Shown: positions 52,149 to 64,000 of the stretch, piece by piece
Layout of the letters: each line of letters opens with the position of its first letter
Position numbering within the stretch: the first letter of the stretch is position 1
Notes under the pieces: generated by a model
What the model was told of the DNA's origin: nothing
Databases searched by the model: none
Seen by the model: the letters and a program-made list of their open reading frames with translations, nothing else
Assembly: GCA_963707215.1 (NCBI GenBank)
Contig: CAVPPB010000003.1
Coordinates: 1,120,001 to 1,184,000 of the forward strand
Reading direction: 5' to 3'
DNA from: an uncultured Chloroflexia bacterium
GTDB taxonomy: Bacteria > Chloroflexota > Limnocylindria > Limnocylindrales > CSP1-4
Length of the DNA: 64,000 bases
Position numbers and translations under genes: made by a program

Positions 52149-54290
52149 ATGAGCCGACCCGATGCCGCCTCCGTCGTCGTCCCCGTCGTCGTTCCCGGCC
52201 GACCCGGCCGCCCGTACGCCCCGTCGGTCGTCCACCGCCAGGTCGTCCTCGAGGAGCACGACACCAGCCCGGACGGGCGCCACGCCGTCGTCGTCCGGCG
52301 GTCGGTCCGCGGCGACGACTACGCCTCGCAGCTGTGGCTCGTCCCGCTCGATGGTGGTCGGCCCCGGGCGCTGACGTCAGGGGCCGTCCGCGACACGCAC
52401 CCGCGATACCGGCCCGACGGCCGGGCGATCGTCTTCAAACGCTCGAAGGTCGGCGGCCCGCACCCGGCCGACCATGCCCACGAGGGCGGCCGCCTGCTGA
52501 TCCTCCACCTCGACGCCTCCGGCCGGCCCGACGGCGATCCGGTCGTGGTCCTCGGCGGCGAGCGGAGCATCGGCGAGCTCGCCTGGTCGCCCGACGGCCG
52601 CCGGCTGGCGTTCACGGCCGAGGTCGATCCGCCGCGGTTCCTCATCGGAGCCGAAGGCCGACGGCGAGCGAGGGCGGGGAGCGATGGCCATGCCAGGGAG
52701 CGGACGCCGCTCGGTCGCCACATCCGGCGGATCGACTGGCGCTACGACGGCACCGGCCACGTCGATCGCTGGGAGCACCTCTTCGTCGTCGCTGCACGCA
52801 AGGGCGCCCGAGCGCGCCAGCTGACCCGTGGCGACTTCGGCGTGAGCGGGATCGAGTGGGCGCCGGACGGCGCGTCGATCGCCTACGCCGCCGACCCACG
52901 CCCCGACGCCGATCTGCGACCGCGGACCTCGATCTGGCGGATCCCGGCCGAGAGAGGCGAGCCCAGGGAGGTCCTCGCCCTCGGCGGCAGCGCGTCGGCT
53001 CCGGCGCACTCGCCCGACGGTCGCTGGCTGGCGGCGGTCGGGGTGGTCGAGAGCGATCCGCTCGACGACGTGAGCCCGACCCTGGTCGTCGGGCCGGCCG
53101 ACGGCTCCACGCCGGCCCGTGCGCTGGCGCAAGACCTGGACCGTCCCGTGGGCGCCTGGCACGACTCCGACCTCAACGGTTGGGTGACGAGCGGCCAGTC
53201 GCGCCCGGTCTGGGCCGACGAGGCGACGATCATCGCGCTCGTCTCCGACCGGGGTCGGACGGTGCCCTGGCGGTTCCGGGTCGACCCGGCGACCGGCCGA
53301 CCGGCCGCCCGACCGGAGCCCGCCGTGACCGGCCCATCGGCTGACGCGGCTTGCTGGACGGTCCGAGCCGCCGGCGGCCGGACGACGGCGCTGGGGCTGC
53401 TCGGCGGCCGAGCGCAGGAGCTCCTCGCGGTCGAGGGCGAGGGGCATCGCACGCGCTTCAGGACCGTGACCTCCCTTGGTTCGGCCTGGCAGCGCGGCCT
53501 GGTCGCGCCCGAGCTGCGCAGGTTGGAGGCGCCCGGCGAGGGGGGCGCCATCGAGACCTGGGTCGCCTCGCCGCCGGACGCCGGGGACCGGGCTCTGCCC
53601 ACGGTGGTGGACGTCCACGGCGGGCCGCTCGGCGCCTGGGCACCGACGCCCTCGCTCGAGGTCTTCCTGCTCGTCTCGCGCGGCTACCGGGTCGTCCTCC
53701 CGAACATCCGGGGCTCGGCGACCTACGGCCGCGACTGGATCCGGCCCCAGCTCGGCGACTGGGGCGGGGTCGACGCCGCCGACGTCCACGCCGCGCTCGA
53801 CGCCGTCGTCGCGACCGGGCTGGCCGATCCGGACCGACTCGGCGTCCTCGGCCTCTCGTACGGCGGCTTCATGGTCCACTGGCTCATCGGCACCTCGGGC
53901 CGTTTCGCCGCGGCCGTCTCGGAGAACGGCGTCGTCAACCAGGTCGGCGCCTGGGCCAACAGCGACACCGGGCCCGAGTACTGCCGGACCTCGCTCCTCG
54001 GCGACCCGTTCACCCCGGAAGGCGTCGAGAAGCTCTGGCGCCAGAGCCCGCTTCGGAACGTCGGCGCCATCCGGACGCCGCTGCTGATGCTCCAGGCCGA
54101 GGCCGACCGGCGCTGCCCGCAGGGCGACAACGAGCAGCTCTTCATCGCGCTCCGGCTGCTGGGTCGGACGGTCGAGTACGTCCTCTACCCGGACGAGTAC
54201 CACGTCTACGCGACGACCGGCCGACCCGACCGGCGGATCGACCGGATGACCCGCATGCTCGACTGGTTCGACCGCTACCTGAAGGGCTAG
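52149..54290 (+). CDS. S9 family (acylaminoacyl) peptidase
   Basis: PD40 propeller, HGGP, GLSYGG, DRRCP, H near C-terminus. Confidence 0.92.
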   Translation: MSRPDAASVVVPVVVPGRPGRPYAPSVVHRQVVLEEHDTSPDGRHAVVVRRSVRGDDYASQLWLVPLDGGRPRALTSGAVRDTHPRYRPDGRAIVFKRSKVGGPHPADHAHEGGRLLILHLDASGRPDGDPVVVLGGERSIGELAWSPDGRRLAFTAEVDPPRFLIGAEGRRRARAGSDGHARERTPLGRHIRRIDWRYDGTGHVDRWEHLFVVAARKGARARQLTRGDFGVSGIEWAPDGASIAYAADPRPDADLRPRTSIWRIPAERGEPREVLALGGSASAPAHSPDGRWLAAVGVVESDPLDDVSPTLVVGPADGSTPARALAQDLDRPVGAWHDSDLNGWVTSGQSRPVWADEATIIALVSDRGRTVPWRFRVDPATGRPAARPEPAVTGPSADAACWTVRAAGGRTTALGLLGGRAQELLAVEGEGHRTRFRTVTSLGSAWQRGLVAPELRRLEAPGEGGAIETWVASPPDAGDRALPTVVDVHGGPLGAWAPTPSLEVFLLVSRGYRVVLPNIRGSATYGRDWIRPQLGDWGGVDAADVHAALDAVVATGLADPDRLGVLGLSYGGFMVHWLIGTSGRFAAAVSENGVVNQVGAWANSDTGPEYCRTSLLGDPFTPEGVEKLWRQSPLRNVGAIRTPLLMLQAEADRRCPQGDNEQLFIALRLLGRTVEYVLYPDEYHVYATTGRPDRRIDRMTRMLDWFDRYLKG

Positions 54291-54372
54291 CCGATGCGAA
54301 GCGGCCGCACGCCGAGGCGCATGGTCGTGGGCCGGTCGACGGCCGGCGGATGGCCGGCCGGCCAGTGACCGG

Positions 54373-55345
54373 CTAGCCGAGCGGCAGCTCCGGTCGCGGT
54401 CCGCCGAGGTGACGCGCCGCTGCGCGATGGCCACCGAGGGCGGCCCGGTGGAGCGCGGCCGGCAGCGGCAGCTCGCCGAGCCGGGCTGCGTGCCAGGCCA
54501 CCAGGAAGCCGGCATCGAAGGCGTCGCCGGCGCCCGTCGAATCGGTCGTGACGACCGCCCTGGTCGCGACCTCGAAGCGCAGCCGCTCACCATCGGCCTG
54601 CCGGGCCAGGACGGTCGCCCCCTGGGCACCTCGCTTCACGACCGCGATCGGCGCGTACTCCAGCAGGTCGTCGACCGCGTAGCGGCCCAGGAGGGCCTCG
54701 GTCTCGGCGGCCGTGGCGAAGAGGACGTCCGCCCCGATCCGGGTCACCAGCGCGCGAGCTGCCCGGCGACCGCGGGCCAGCAGCGGCGCGATCGAGGCGA
54801 GGTCGAGGCTGATGACCGCCCCGGCGGTTCGACCGAGGTCGACGGCCTTCTGGCCGGCCAGCCCGAGCGGCTCGCCGAGTAGCGAGTAGGCCGGCAGGTG
54901 GACGATGTCGGCAGACGCGAACCAGGCTTCCTTCAGGTCCTCCGGCCGCAGCTCGTCCGCCGCCCCCCGGTCGGCGACGAAGGAACGCTCGCCGCCGGCC
55001 CCGACCACCACGCCGATCCGTCCGCTCGGCCGGCCGGGCACCCGGACGACCCGCGCGGTGACGCCGTCCTCCCTGATCGCGGCGACGAGCGCCCGTCCGA
55101 TCGGGTCGCGGCCTATCGCCGCGACGAGCGAGGTCCGAGCGCCCAGCCGAGCGAGCCAGCGGGCCGTGTTGGCCGCCGAACCGCCCTGGCGGAGCGTGAC
55201 CCGGCCCGGCACGTCGGTGCCCGGTCTCCAGGGGTCGACCGGGGGCCAGCACCGCATCGAGGACCAGGTCGCCGACCACGATGACCCGGGCGGCCCGGGT
55301 CCGGGTCGGCCGTCGCGGGCGCCTCGGGGGTCGGATGGTCGGCAT
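54373..55345 (-). CDS. PfkB family carbohydrate/nucleoside kinase (frameshift near 55220)
   Basis: [10 protein letters not shown] in one frame; [21 protein letters not shown] in the other. Confidence 0.88.
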
Positions 55346-55468
55346 GGGTCGAGGATACCGAGCGCCGGGGCCCGCGCCCAGCCCCCGTCGCCGGTCGTGC
55401 GCCCGCGGCCCGTACAATCGACTCGAGCGTCGACCCCGATCCAGCGACCGAACGGAGGGCCCACCCGG

Positions 55469-57543
55469 ATGACCATCGGCCCCGCCTCGAAGCCCGACCT
55501 CGACCGCCTGGCGATCGACACGATCCGGACCCTGTCGATCGATGCCGTCCAGCGAGCGAACTCCGGGCACCCCGGCGCCCCGATGGGCATGGCCCCGATG
55601 GCCTACGTGCTGTGGACCCGGTTCCTCCGCCACGCGCCGACGCATCCCGAGTGGCCCGATCGCGACCGCTTCGTCCTGTCCGCCGGGCACGCCTCGATGC
55701 TCCTCTACTCGCTCCTCCACCTCACCGGCTACGCCGTGTCGCTCGACGACCTGAAGGCCTTCCGCCAGTGGGGCTCGATCACCCCCGGTCACCCCGAGCA
55801 CGGCTTGACGCCCGGCGTCGAGGCGACCACCGGCCCGCTCGGCCAGGGGTTCGCGAATGCCGTCGGCATGGCCATCGCCGAGCGTCGCCTGGCGACCGAG
55901 TTCGACCGCCCCGGCCACGACGTGATCGACCACTGGACATACGGCATCTGCTCCGACGGCGATCTGCAGGAGGGGATCGCGGCCGAGGCCGCCTCGCTGG
56001 CCGGCCATCTCCGCCTGGGACGGCTGGTCATGCTGTACGACGACAATCGGATCCAGCTCGACGGGCCGACGGCGATGGCCTTCACCGAGGACGTCCCGGC
56101 CCGCTTCGCGGCCTACGGCTGGCACGTCCAGCGGGTCGAGGACGGCAACGACGTCGAGGCGATCGCGGCGGCCATCGACGCCGCCCGGGCCGACCCTCGG
56201 CCGTCGCTCATCGCCGTCCGGACCCACATCGGCTACGGCAGCCCCAACAAGCAGGACAGTCAGAAGGCCCACGGCGCGCCGCTCGGCGAGGACGAGGTCC
56301 GGCTGACCAAAGAGGCCTACGGCTGGGATCCCGACGGCCACTTCGTCGTCCCCGACGAGGCGTCGGGGGTCTTCCGGGTCGCCGCCGCACGGCGGCGAGG
56401 CGCTGGTCGCCGATTGGGAAGCAGCGATGGACCGCTACGCAGCGGCCTACCCGGACCTGGCCGCCGAGCTCCGACGACGGCTGGCCGGCGAGCCGGCGCC
56501 CGGGCTCGCGACGCCCCTCCCGAGCTGGACTCCCGGCGACGAGCTGGCGACTCGCAACGCCAGCCAGGCCGTGCATCAACGCCGTCGCCCCGGTCGTGCC
56601 CGAGCTCTTCGGTGGAGCCGCCGACCTGTCGGAGTCCAACCTGACCGACGTCAAGGGCGCGGGCGACTTCAGCGCGGTCGAGGCCGGTCGCAACCTCCGC
56701 TTCGGGGTCCGCGAGCATGCCATGGGCGGGATCGCCAACGGCATCGCCTACCACGGCGGCTTCATCCCGTACGTGGGCACGTTCCTGACCTTCAGCGACT
56801 ACATGCGCGGCTCGGTCCGGATCGCCGCCCTGATCGAGCTCCACGTCGTCTACGTCTGGACCCACGACTCGGTCGGCCTGGGCGAGGACGGCCCCACCCA
56901 CCAGCCGGTCGAGCAGGTCGCCGCCCTGCGGGCGATCCCCGGGCTGTGGGTCGTCCGACCCGGCGACGCCAACGAGACGGCCGCCGCCTGGGCCCTGGCC
57001 ATCGAGCGCCGCGACGGGCCCGTCGCCCTGGCCCTCTCGCGGCAGAAGCTGCCGACCCTGCCGGGCACCGCGGAGCTGGCCGCCGACGGGATCCGTCGCG
57101 GCGGCTACGTCCTGCGCGCGGCGATCCGGCGAGGCGGACGGGCGGCGACCCGCGGTCGTCCTGATCGCGACCGGCTCGGAGCTGTCGCTGGCCGCCGAGG
57201 CTGCCGAAGTCCTCGAAGGCGGATGGCATCGGCCCGCGTCGTCAGCCTGCCCTGCTGGGAGCGCTTCGAGGCCCAGGACACCGACCTACCGCGACAAGGT
57301 CCTGCCGCCGTCCGTGGTCGCCCGCGCGTCGGCGATCGAGGCCGGCGTGACGCCTCGGCTGGGAGCGCTGGGTCGGCGACGATGGGGCGATCGTCGGGCT
57401 CGATCGCTTCGGCGCCTCGGCGCCCGGCCGACGGTCATGCGCGAGCTCGGCTTCTCGCCCGAGCACGGGTCGCCGAGGTGCGCCGCCGAGGTCGTCGCCG
57501 GTGGCTTGCGGGGCCGGGTGCCGGCGCCGGATCGGGCCACTGA
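55469..57543 (+). CDS. tkt: Transketolase (multiple apparent frameshifts)
   Basis: [55 protein letters not shown]. Confidence 0.93.
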
Positions 57544-57556
57544 GGAGGCGAGCGCC

Positions 57557-58073
57557 ATGCGGATCGCCTTCGCAGCGGACCACGCCGGCTCGGCGCTCAA
57601 GGACGAGCTGCTCCGACGGAGCCGGCGCGGCCGACGCCGGCCACGAGCTCATCGACCTCGGCGGCGACGGCAGCGACCCGACCGACGACTACCCGGACTT
57701 CGCCCGGCGACTCGGCGGAGCGATGCGGAGCGGCGCGGCCGACCGCGGCGTGCTGGTCTGCGGCAGCGGCGTCGGCGCCTCGATCGCGGCCTCCAAGCTG
57801 CGCGGCGTCCGGGCGGCCGTCTGTCACGACACCTACTCGGCCCGCCAGGGCGTCGAGCACGACGACATGAACGTGCTCTGCCTCGGCGCCGGGTCATCGG
57901 GCCGGAGACGGCCCACGAGTGCGTGCCGCGCCTTCCTCGGCGCCACCTTCAGCAACGAGCCGCGCCATGCCGCGCCGGCTCGGCAAGGTCCTCGCGATCG
58001 AGGCCGACGAGACCGGGACGGGGAGCGACGAGCGATCCGGAGGCGAGCCAGACGACCGGGGCGACCGGGATGA
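57557..58073 (+). CDS. rpiB: Ribose-5-phosphate isomerase B (frameshifted)
   Basis: [33 protein letters not shown]. Confidence 0.88.
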
Positions 58074-59828
58074 CCATCACGCACGGGGGACGCGACGCGA
58101 CGCGCCTCGCGGTCGCGACCGCGACTCGATCGGGCCACCCGCGAGCGGTGGGCGGCCCGGCTGTCCGACCGCGACACGTCGCTCTGGACGACGGTCCCGA
58201 CGGTGGCGAGCCGAGATCGACGACCGGCTCGGCTGGCTCGACGCGCCGGCCCGGTTCGCGCCCAGATCCCGGCCCTCGAGGAGTTCGGGGAGCGGATCCG
58301 GGAGCCGGCTTCCGGGCGGTCGTCGTGGCCGGCATGGGCGGCAGCAGCCTGGCGCCCGACGTCCTCGTCCGGGTCTTCGGCACGACCGACGACTGGCTGG
58401 AGCTGCGCGTCCTCGATTCGACCGACCCGGCGGCCGTGGCCGCGACGGTCGACGATCTGGACCCGCTCTCCACCCTGTTCATCGTGTCGAGCAAGTCGGG
58501 CACGACGACCGAGACGGCGGCGTTCCAGGCCGACGCCTGGGCACGGACGCGGGGCGCCCTCGAGGCCCGCGGCAGCGACGAGTCGCCGGGCATGCTGATG
58601 GTGGCGATCACCGATCCAGGCCGGTCGCTCTACGCGATCGCCCACCACGACGACCTGCGCGAGGTCTTCCTCAACCCGCCGGACATCGGCGGACGCTACT
58701 CGGCGCTGACCTACGTCGGCCTCATCCCCGCCTCGCTCATCGGCATCGACCTCGACCCGCTCCTCGAGTCCGCCGGCTCGATGCTCGGAGCGCTGCCGGA
58801 TCGACGATGCCGGAGCGAACCCCGGCCTGGCCCTGGGCGTCGTCCTGGGGACGCTCGCTCGTGCTCGGCCGCGACAAGCTCACCCTGGTGGCCGATCCGG
58901 CGATCGCGCCGTTCGGCTCCTGGCTCGAGCAGCTCGTCGCCGAGAGCACCGGCAAGCACGGGAGCGGGATCGTGCCGGTCGACCTCGAGCCGCTCGGCGG
59001 CAGCGCCGTCTACGGATCCGACCGCGTCTTCGTCCGGCTCGCCTGGCCGGCGCCGAGCCCTCCGCGCCGGCTCCGGACGGGACCTCCGCCGACGACCTCA
59101 TGGCGGCCCTGGAGGCGGCGGGCATCCCGTGATCCGCATCGCGCTCGAGGACCCCATGGACCTCGGCGGGGAGTTCGTCCGCTGGGAGGTCGCGACGGCC
59201 ATGGCGGGAGCCGTCCTGGGGATCGATCCCTTCGACCAGCCCGACGTCGAGAGCGCCAAGGAGGCGACCCGACGACTCCTTGAGAACCACGGGCGGGGCG
59301 CCGACCTGCCGGAGCCCTTGGCGACGACCGCCGACGGCCTGTCGCTCTATGCGGGTCCGGGGCTTGCGTCCGTCGGCGGGGACGCGGCCCGCATCCTGGC
59401 CGCCCACCTGGCCCGGCTCCCGGCCAGCGGCTACCTCGCCGTCCAGGCGTTCGTCGCCCCGGGCCCGGCTCGCGACGCGGCCATCGAGCAGGTCCGCCGG
59501 GCCGTCCGCGACCGCACCGGGCGGGCGACGACGGCCGGCTATGGCCCGCGCTTCCTCCACTCCACCGGCCAGCTCCACAAGGGCGGCCCGCCGAATCGGC
59601 TGCTTCCTCCAGCTGACCGCCGATCACCGCGTCGACCGCGAGATCCCGGGCTGGCCGCACACCTTCGGCCAGCTCATCGACGCCCAGGCTGCGGGCGACC
59701 GAGCGGTGCTGGTGGAGCGGCATCTGCCGATCCTCCGGATCCATCTCGGGCACGACACCGACGCCGGCTTCGGGGCACTCGAGCGGCTGACCGCAGCGGC
59801 GCTCGATCGACTCGAGCGAGGCGCCTAG
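58070..59828 (+). CDS. pgi: Glucose-6-phosphate isomerase (Tal-Pgi-type Pgi domain; frameshifted)
   Basis: [59 protein letters not shown]. Confidence 0.88.
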
Positions 59829-59857
59829 GACACCGACCACCAACGGGAGGCGCGACG

Positions 59858-60762
59858 ATGCGGATCGGCTTCATCGGACTCGGCCGGATGGGCGCCAACA
59901 TGGTCCGCCGTCTGCTCCGCGACGGCCACGAGGTGGTCGCCTACAACCGGAGCCCGGAGAAGACCCGCGAGATCGCGACCGAGGGCGCGGAACCGGCCTT
60001 CGACATGGCGGAGCTGGTCGGAAGCCTGGCAGACGCCTCGGCACCGTCTGGATCATGGTCCCGGCGGCGAGCGCCGACGGAGGCGCAGATCGACGAGCTG
60101 CATCGAGCATCTCGAGCCGGGCGACACGATCATCGACGGCGGCAACACGAACTTCCACGACGACGTCCGGCGGCACGCCAGGCTCGCCGAGCTCGGCATC
60201 CGCTACGTGGACGCCGGTGTCTCGGGCGGCGTCTGGGGCCTCCAGGTCGGCTACTGCCTGATGGTCGGCGGCGACCGGGACGCGGTCGAGCCGCTGGAGC
60301 CGGTCTTCCGCAGCCTGGCCCCCCAGGACGGCTATCTCCACGTTGGTGGGCCCGGGGCGGGCCACTACGTGAAGATGGTCCACAACGGCATCGAGTACGG
60401 CCTGATGCAGGCCTACGCCGAGGGCTTCGAGATCATGCACGCCAGCGACTACGACCTCGACCTGGCGGCGGTCGCCGGCCTCTGGAACCACGGCTCGGTC
60501 GTCCGATCGTGGCTGCTGGAGCTCGCCGAGCGGGCGTTCCGGGCCGATGGCCAGGACCTGGCGGAGCTCAAGGGCTGGGTCGCCGACTCGGGCGAGGGCC
60601 GCTGGACGGTCCAGGAGGCGATGGACCGCGACGTGCCCAGCGCCGGTCATCACGCTCTCGCTCCAGGCCCGCTTCCGGTCCCGCCAGGACGACTCGTACG
60701 GGGCGAAGGTGCTGGCCGCCCTGCGCAACCAGTTCGGCGGACACGCGGTCAAGAAGGACTGA
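59858..60762 (+). CDS. gnd: 6-phosphogluconate dehydrogenase, short type (frameshifted)
   Basis: IGLGRMG, DAGVSGG, VKMVHNGIEYG, DSGEGRW, LRNQFGGHAV. Confidence 0.92.
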
Positions 60763-60813
60763 CGAGTGAGGTCCGTGCCGGCCATCCGCCGACGTCCCGC
60801 GAAGGAGGCAGCG

Positions 60814-61518
60814 ATGACGAGCGTCAGCGAGGTCATGGCCCAGCTGGAGGCGGCCGGCACCGAGCAGAACCGCAAGGTCTACCGTCGCCACGGGGCCCGG
60901 GAGCCGCTCTTCGGCGTCGCCTTCGGGGTGCTCCGGCCGCTGGCCAAGGCGTACGGGCGCGACGACGAGCTGGCCCGCGGCCTCTGGAGGACCGGCAACA
61001 CCGACGCCCGCCTCCTGGCCTGCATGGTCGCCGACCCGGCGGCGATGACCGAGGCGGACCTCGACGCCTGGCTGGCCGACATCGACTACTACGTCCTCGT
61101 CGACACCTTCGTCGGCGAGGTCGCCTCCAAGGTCCCCGGCGTCCGGGAACGCTGGCGCCGCTGGGCGGCCTCCGGCCGCGACTGGACCGCGCAGGCCGGC
61201 TGGGACCTGCTCGGCTTCCTGGCCATGCGCGATCGCGACCTCGGCGACGAATTCTTCGCCGAGCAGCTGGCACGGATCGAGCGCGAGCTGCCGGCTGCGG
61301 GCAACCGGACGCGGCATGCGATGAACGGAGCCGTCATCGCCATCGGCATCCGCGATGACCGGCTGCGGGTCGAGGCGATCGAGGCGGCCCGGCGGATCGG
61401 CCCGGTCGAGGTCGACCACGGCGAGACCGGCTGCACCACGCCGGCGGCCGAGCCGTACATCGAACGGACCTGGGCTCGCCAGCGGGACAGCGCGGCACGG
61501 GCCGGGACGGCCAGGTGA
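60814..61518 (+). CDS. DNA alkylation repair (AlkD-like HEAT) protein
   Basis: RHGA..PLFGV, LA..LW.TGN.DAR.LA, IG.VEVDHG.TGC.TP.A; AAGGAGG RBS. Confidence 0.82.
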   Translation: MTSVSEVMAQLEAAGTEQNRKVYRRHGAREPLFGVAFGVLRPLAKAYGRDDELARGLWRTGNTDARLLACMVADPAAMTEADLDAWLADIDYYVLVDTFVGEVASKVPGVRERWRRWAASGRDWTAQAGWDLLGFLAMRDRDLGDEFFAEQLARIERELPAAGNRTRHAMNGAVIAIGIRDDRLRVEAIEAARRIGPVEVDHGETGCTTPAAEPYIERTWARQRDSAARAGTAR

Positions 61519-63163
61519 GCCCGACCCGGCGACCGATCGTCGCTGGCGAGTCCCGCCCGCCGGCTCTGCCCGAGCCGGCCACGATGCGCGAGGCGCGCCT
61601 GGCTCGGCGGGGCCGTCGGGCCCGCCGGCCGAGCGGTCCTCCCAACCCGCTGCGCGAGGGCCTTCGCCTGGAACGGATGCCCGACCCCTGCGCCTTCGTC
61701 CTGTTCGGGGGGACGGGCGACCTGGCCCATCGGAAGGTGCTTCCGGCACTGCTCCAGCTCTGGCGGACCCACCTGCTGCCCCAGGAGTTCGTCGTCGTCG
61801 CCATCGGCCGACGGCCGTTCGACGACGACTCGTTCCGGGCGGAGCTCCGGGCCACGCTCGAGAAGCACTCGCGGGTCGAGGTCGAGCCGACCATCCTGGA
61901 CGACTTCCTGGGCCATGTCGTCTACCTCCGTGGCGACCTCGCCGACGACGCGACCTATGGGCATCTCGAGGAGCGCCTGGGAGACCTGGACGGGACGTTC
62001 GGGACGGCCGGCAACTACCTCTTCTACCTGGCGACCCAGCCGTCGGCGTTCGCCCCGATCGTCGGTCAGCTGGGCCGCGTCGGCCTCGACCATGAGACCC
62101 GGGCCGGCGGCTGGCGGCGCATCGTCATCGAGAAACCGTTCGGCCGCGACCTCGAGTCGGCCCGCCGCCTCAACCGGGAGGTGGCCAAGGTCTTCCGGGA
62201 GTCGCAGGTCTATCGCATCGACCACTACCTGGGCAAGGAGACCGTCCGGAACCTGCTGGTCTTCCGCTTCGCCAACGGGATCTTCGAGCCCATCTGGAAC
62301 CGTCGGTACGTCGACCACGTCCAGATCACCGTTGCCGAGTCGATCGGCGTCGAGACGCGAGGCAGCTTCTACGAGGAGACCGGGGCGTCCCGGGACTTCC
62401 TCCAGAACCACCTGATGCAGCTCCTCTCCCTCGTCGCGATGGAGCCGCCGGCCTCCCTCGACGCCGACGCCCTGCGCGACGAGAAGGTCAAGGTGATCCG
62501 GGCCATCGCCCCGATGGCGCCGGCGGCGGTCGCCCGGGACGTGGTCCGTGGCCAGTACGGGTCCGGGCTGGGTCGCCGGACGGCCCGTGTCAAGGCTTCC
62601 GCGAGGAGGCAGAGGTGGATCCGCGCTCCGAGACCGAGACCTACGTGGCCGCCCGCCTGCTCGTCGACACCTGGCGCTGGTCCGGCGTCCCGTTCTACGT
62701 TCGGACCGGCAAGCGCCTGCCCAAGCGGGCGACGGAGATCGCCATCGGCTTCCGCGAGGTCCCGCATCGGCTGTTCCGGGACGTCGCCGTGGCCCCCGAG
62801 CCGAACCTGCTGGCGATGCGCATCCAGCCGGACGAGGGCATCCTCCTGCGGTTCGAGGCCAAGGTCCCCGGCCTGGGGCTCGACGTCCGGGCGGTCAACA
62901 TGGACTTCTCGTACGGCTCGTCATTCAGCGTCGACTCGCCGGACGCCTACGAGACGCTGATCCTCGACGCCCTGCTCGGGGATGCGTCGCTGTTCACCCG
63001 GGCCGACGAGGTCGAGGCGGCCTGGGGCGTCGTCACCCCGATCGTCGACGCCTGGCTCGACCAGCCCGCGCCGGGGTTCCCCGACTACGAGGCCGGGACC
63101 TGGGGCCCTGCGGCGGCCGACGCCCTGGTCGCCCGCGACGGCCGGCGCTGGCGGCGGATCTGA
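61515..63163 (+). CDS. zwf: Glucose-6-phosphate 1-dehydrogenase (frameshifts near 62570-62615)
   Basis: [48 protein letters not shown]. Confidence 0.93.
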
Positions 63164-64000
63164 TGCGTGGGACCGACGGCGTCGCGGCGGTCGGAGCCGC
63201 TCAGGCTGCCGAAGCCGGCCCGACCCTTCACTGGACGGCCCGGGCCGGTTCGGTCGACGAGGTGGAGCGCGAGCTGGGTCGCATCTGGGCAGCGGCCGAC
63301 CTGGAGGTCCAGACCCCGGACGGCCCGGAGCGTCGGATCGCCGCCCGCTCGAGCGTCCTCAACCTCGTCGTCGTCGCCCGCCGGCCGGAGCTGGGCGTGC
63401 GGGCGGCGGCCACGGTCGCCGGGCTGACCGGTCGCCACCCCTCACGGACGCTCATCCTGGCGGCTGTCGATCCCGATGGCCCGAGCTCGCTCGATGCCCG
63501 GGTGGAGGCGGCTTGTCGACTGCCCACGCCGGAGACGTTCGAGTCGTGCACCGAGGTCATCCACCTCGCCCTGGGGGGCGAGGCCGGTCGACACCTCGCC
63601 GCCAGCGTGGCACCGCTCCTTGTCCACGACCTGCCGGTCGTCGTCTGGTGGCCAGGCGACCCGCCGCTCGGCTCCGACCAGGCGAGGGACCTGCTGGATC
63701 TCGCGGACCGCCTTGTCGTAGACGGCTCGCGCTGGTCGGGCGACGGCCTGGCCCGGCTCGCCGAGCTGGCCAGGCTCACGGCTCGCGGCGAGCCGTCGGT
63801 CTTCGACTTCGCCGTGGTCCGCCAGGCTCGCTGGCGCGAGGCCATCGCCGCCGTCTTCGACCGGTCCGAGTTCCTGCCATTCCTCCGGTCGATCCGAGCC
63901 ATCGACATCAGCTACGCGAGCCGAACCGACACACCAGTCGGCACGACGAACATCGTGAAACCGATCTACCACGTCGCCTGGTTGGCCTCGCGGCTGGGGA
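63163..64000 (+). CDS. opcA: G6PD assembly protein OpcA (3' end outside window)
   Basis: Manual translation: ARSSVLNLVVV, HPSR, PLLVHDLPVVVWWPG, LVVD, WREAIA; TGATG overlap after zwf. Confidence 0.85.
   Translation, partial: MRGTDGVAAVGAAQAAEAGPTLHWTARAGSVDEVERELGRIWAAADLEVQTPDGPERRIAARSSVLNLVVVARRPELGVRAAATVAGLTGRHPSRTLILAAVDPDGPSSLDARVEAACRLPTPETFESCTEVIHLALGGEAGRHLAASVAPLLVHDLPVVVWWPGDPPLGSDQARDLLDLADRLVVDGSRWSGDGLARLAELARLTARGEPSVFDFAVVRQARWREAIAAVFDRSEFLPFLRSIRAIDISYASRTDTPVGTTNIVKPIYHVAWLASRLG

Noticed and set aside
55469-63163. Programmed ribosomal frameshifting in PPP genes
   Set aside because: There are many shifts per gene with no slippery heptamers or consistent context, which is typical of consensus errors.

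Overview
A very GC-rich (about 72-74% by eye) bacterial chromosomal window. Gene style and the LeuS 'HIGHWY' motif suggest Chloroflexota, Limnocylindria-like; this is inference only. The housekeeping backbone is murT/gatD-like, tRNA-Ala(GGC), leuS, comEA-comEC-HD-holA, rsfS-nadD-obgE, LysM/M23, rho, fsa/tal, pyrG, psuG, and a pentose-phosphate operon tkt-rpiB-pgi-gnd-zwf-opcA. Two accessory blocks interrupt it. (1) A 12.5-kb stretch of small genes between leuS and comEA carries two duplications of a downstream gene's 5' end flanking inserted genes, with no integrase, transposase or reverse transcriptase nearby. One is an exact 107-bp copy and the other an about 85%-identical 86-bp copy. This is the most unusual signal and suggests serial, enzyme-unexplained gene capture next to the competence genes. 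(2) An IclR-regulated acetone-carboxylase/hydantoinase-like catabolic island lies between rho and fsa. Other points of note are a GatD lacking its catalytic Cys, a ComEC frame running unbroken through an overlapping HD gene into HolA, a CGNR regulator with paired 28-bp operators controlling two unannotated small proteins, pervasive leaderless genes, and a CTG start. leuS, pyrG, pfkB and the PPP genes carry frameshifts that are probably assembly or polishing errors. No CRISPR, rRNA or IS was found.
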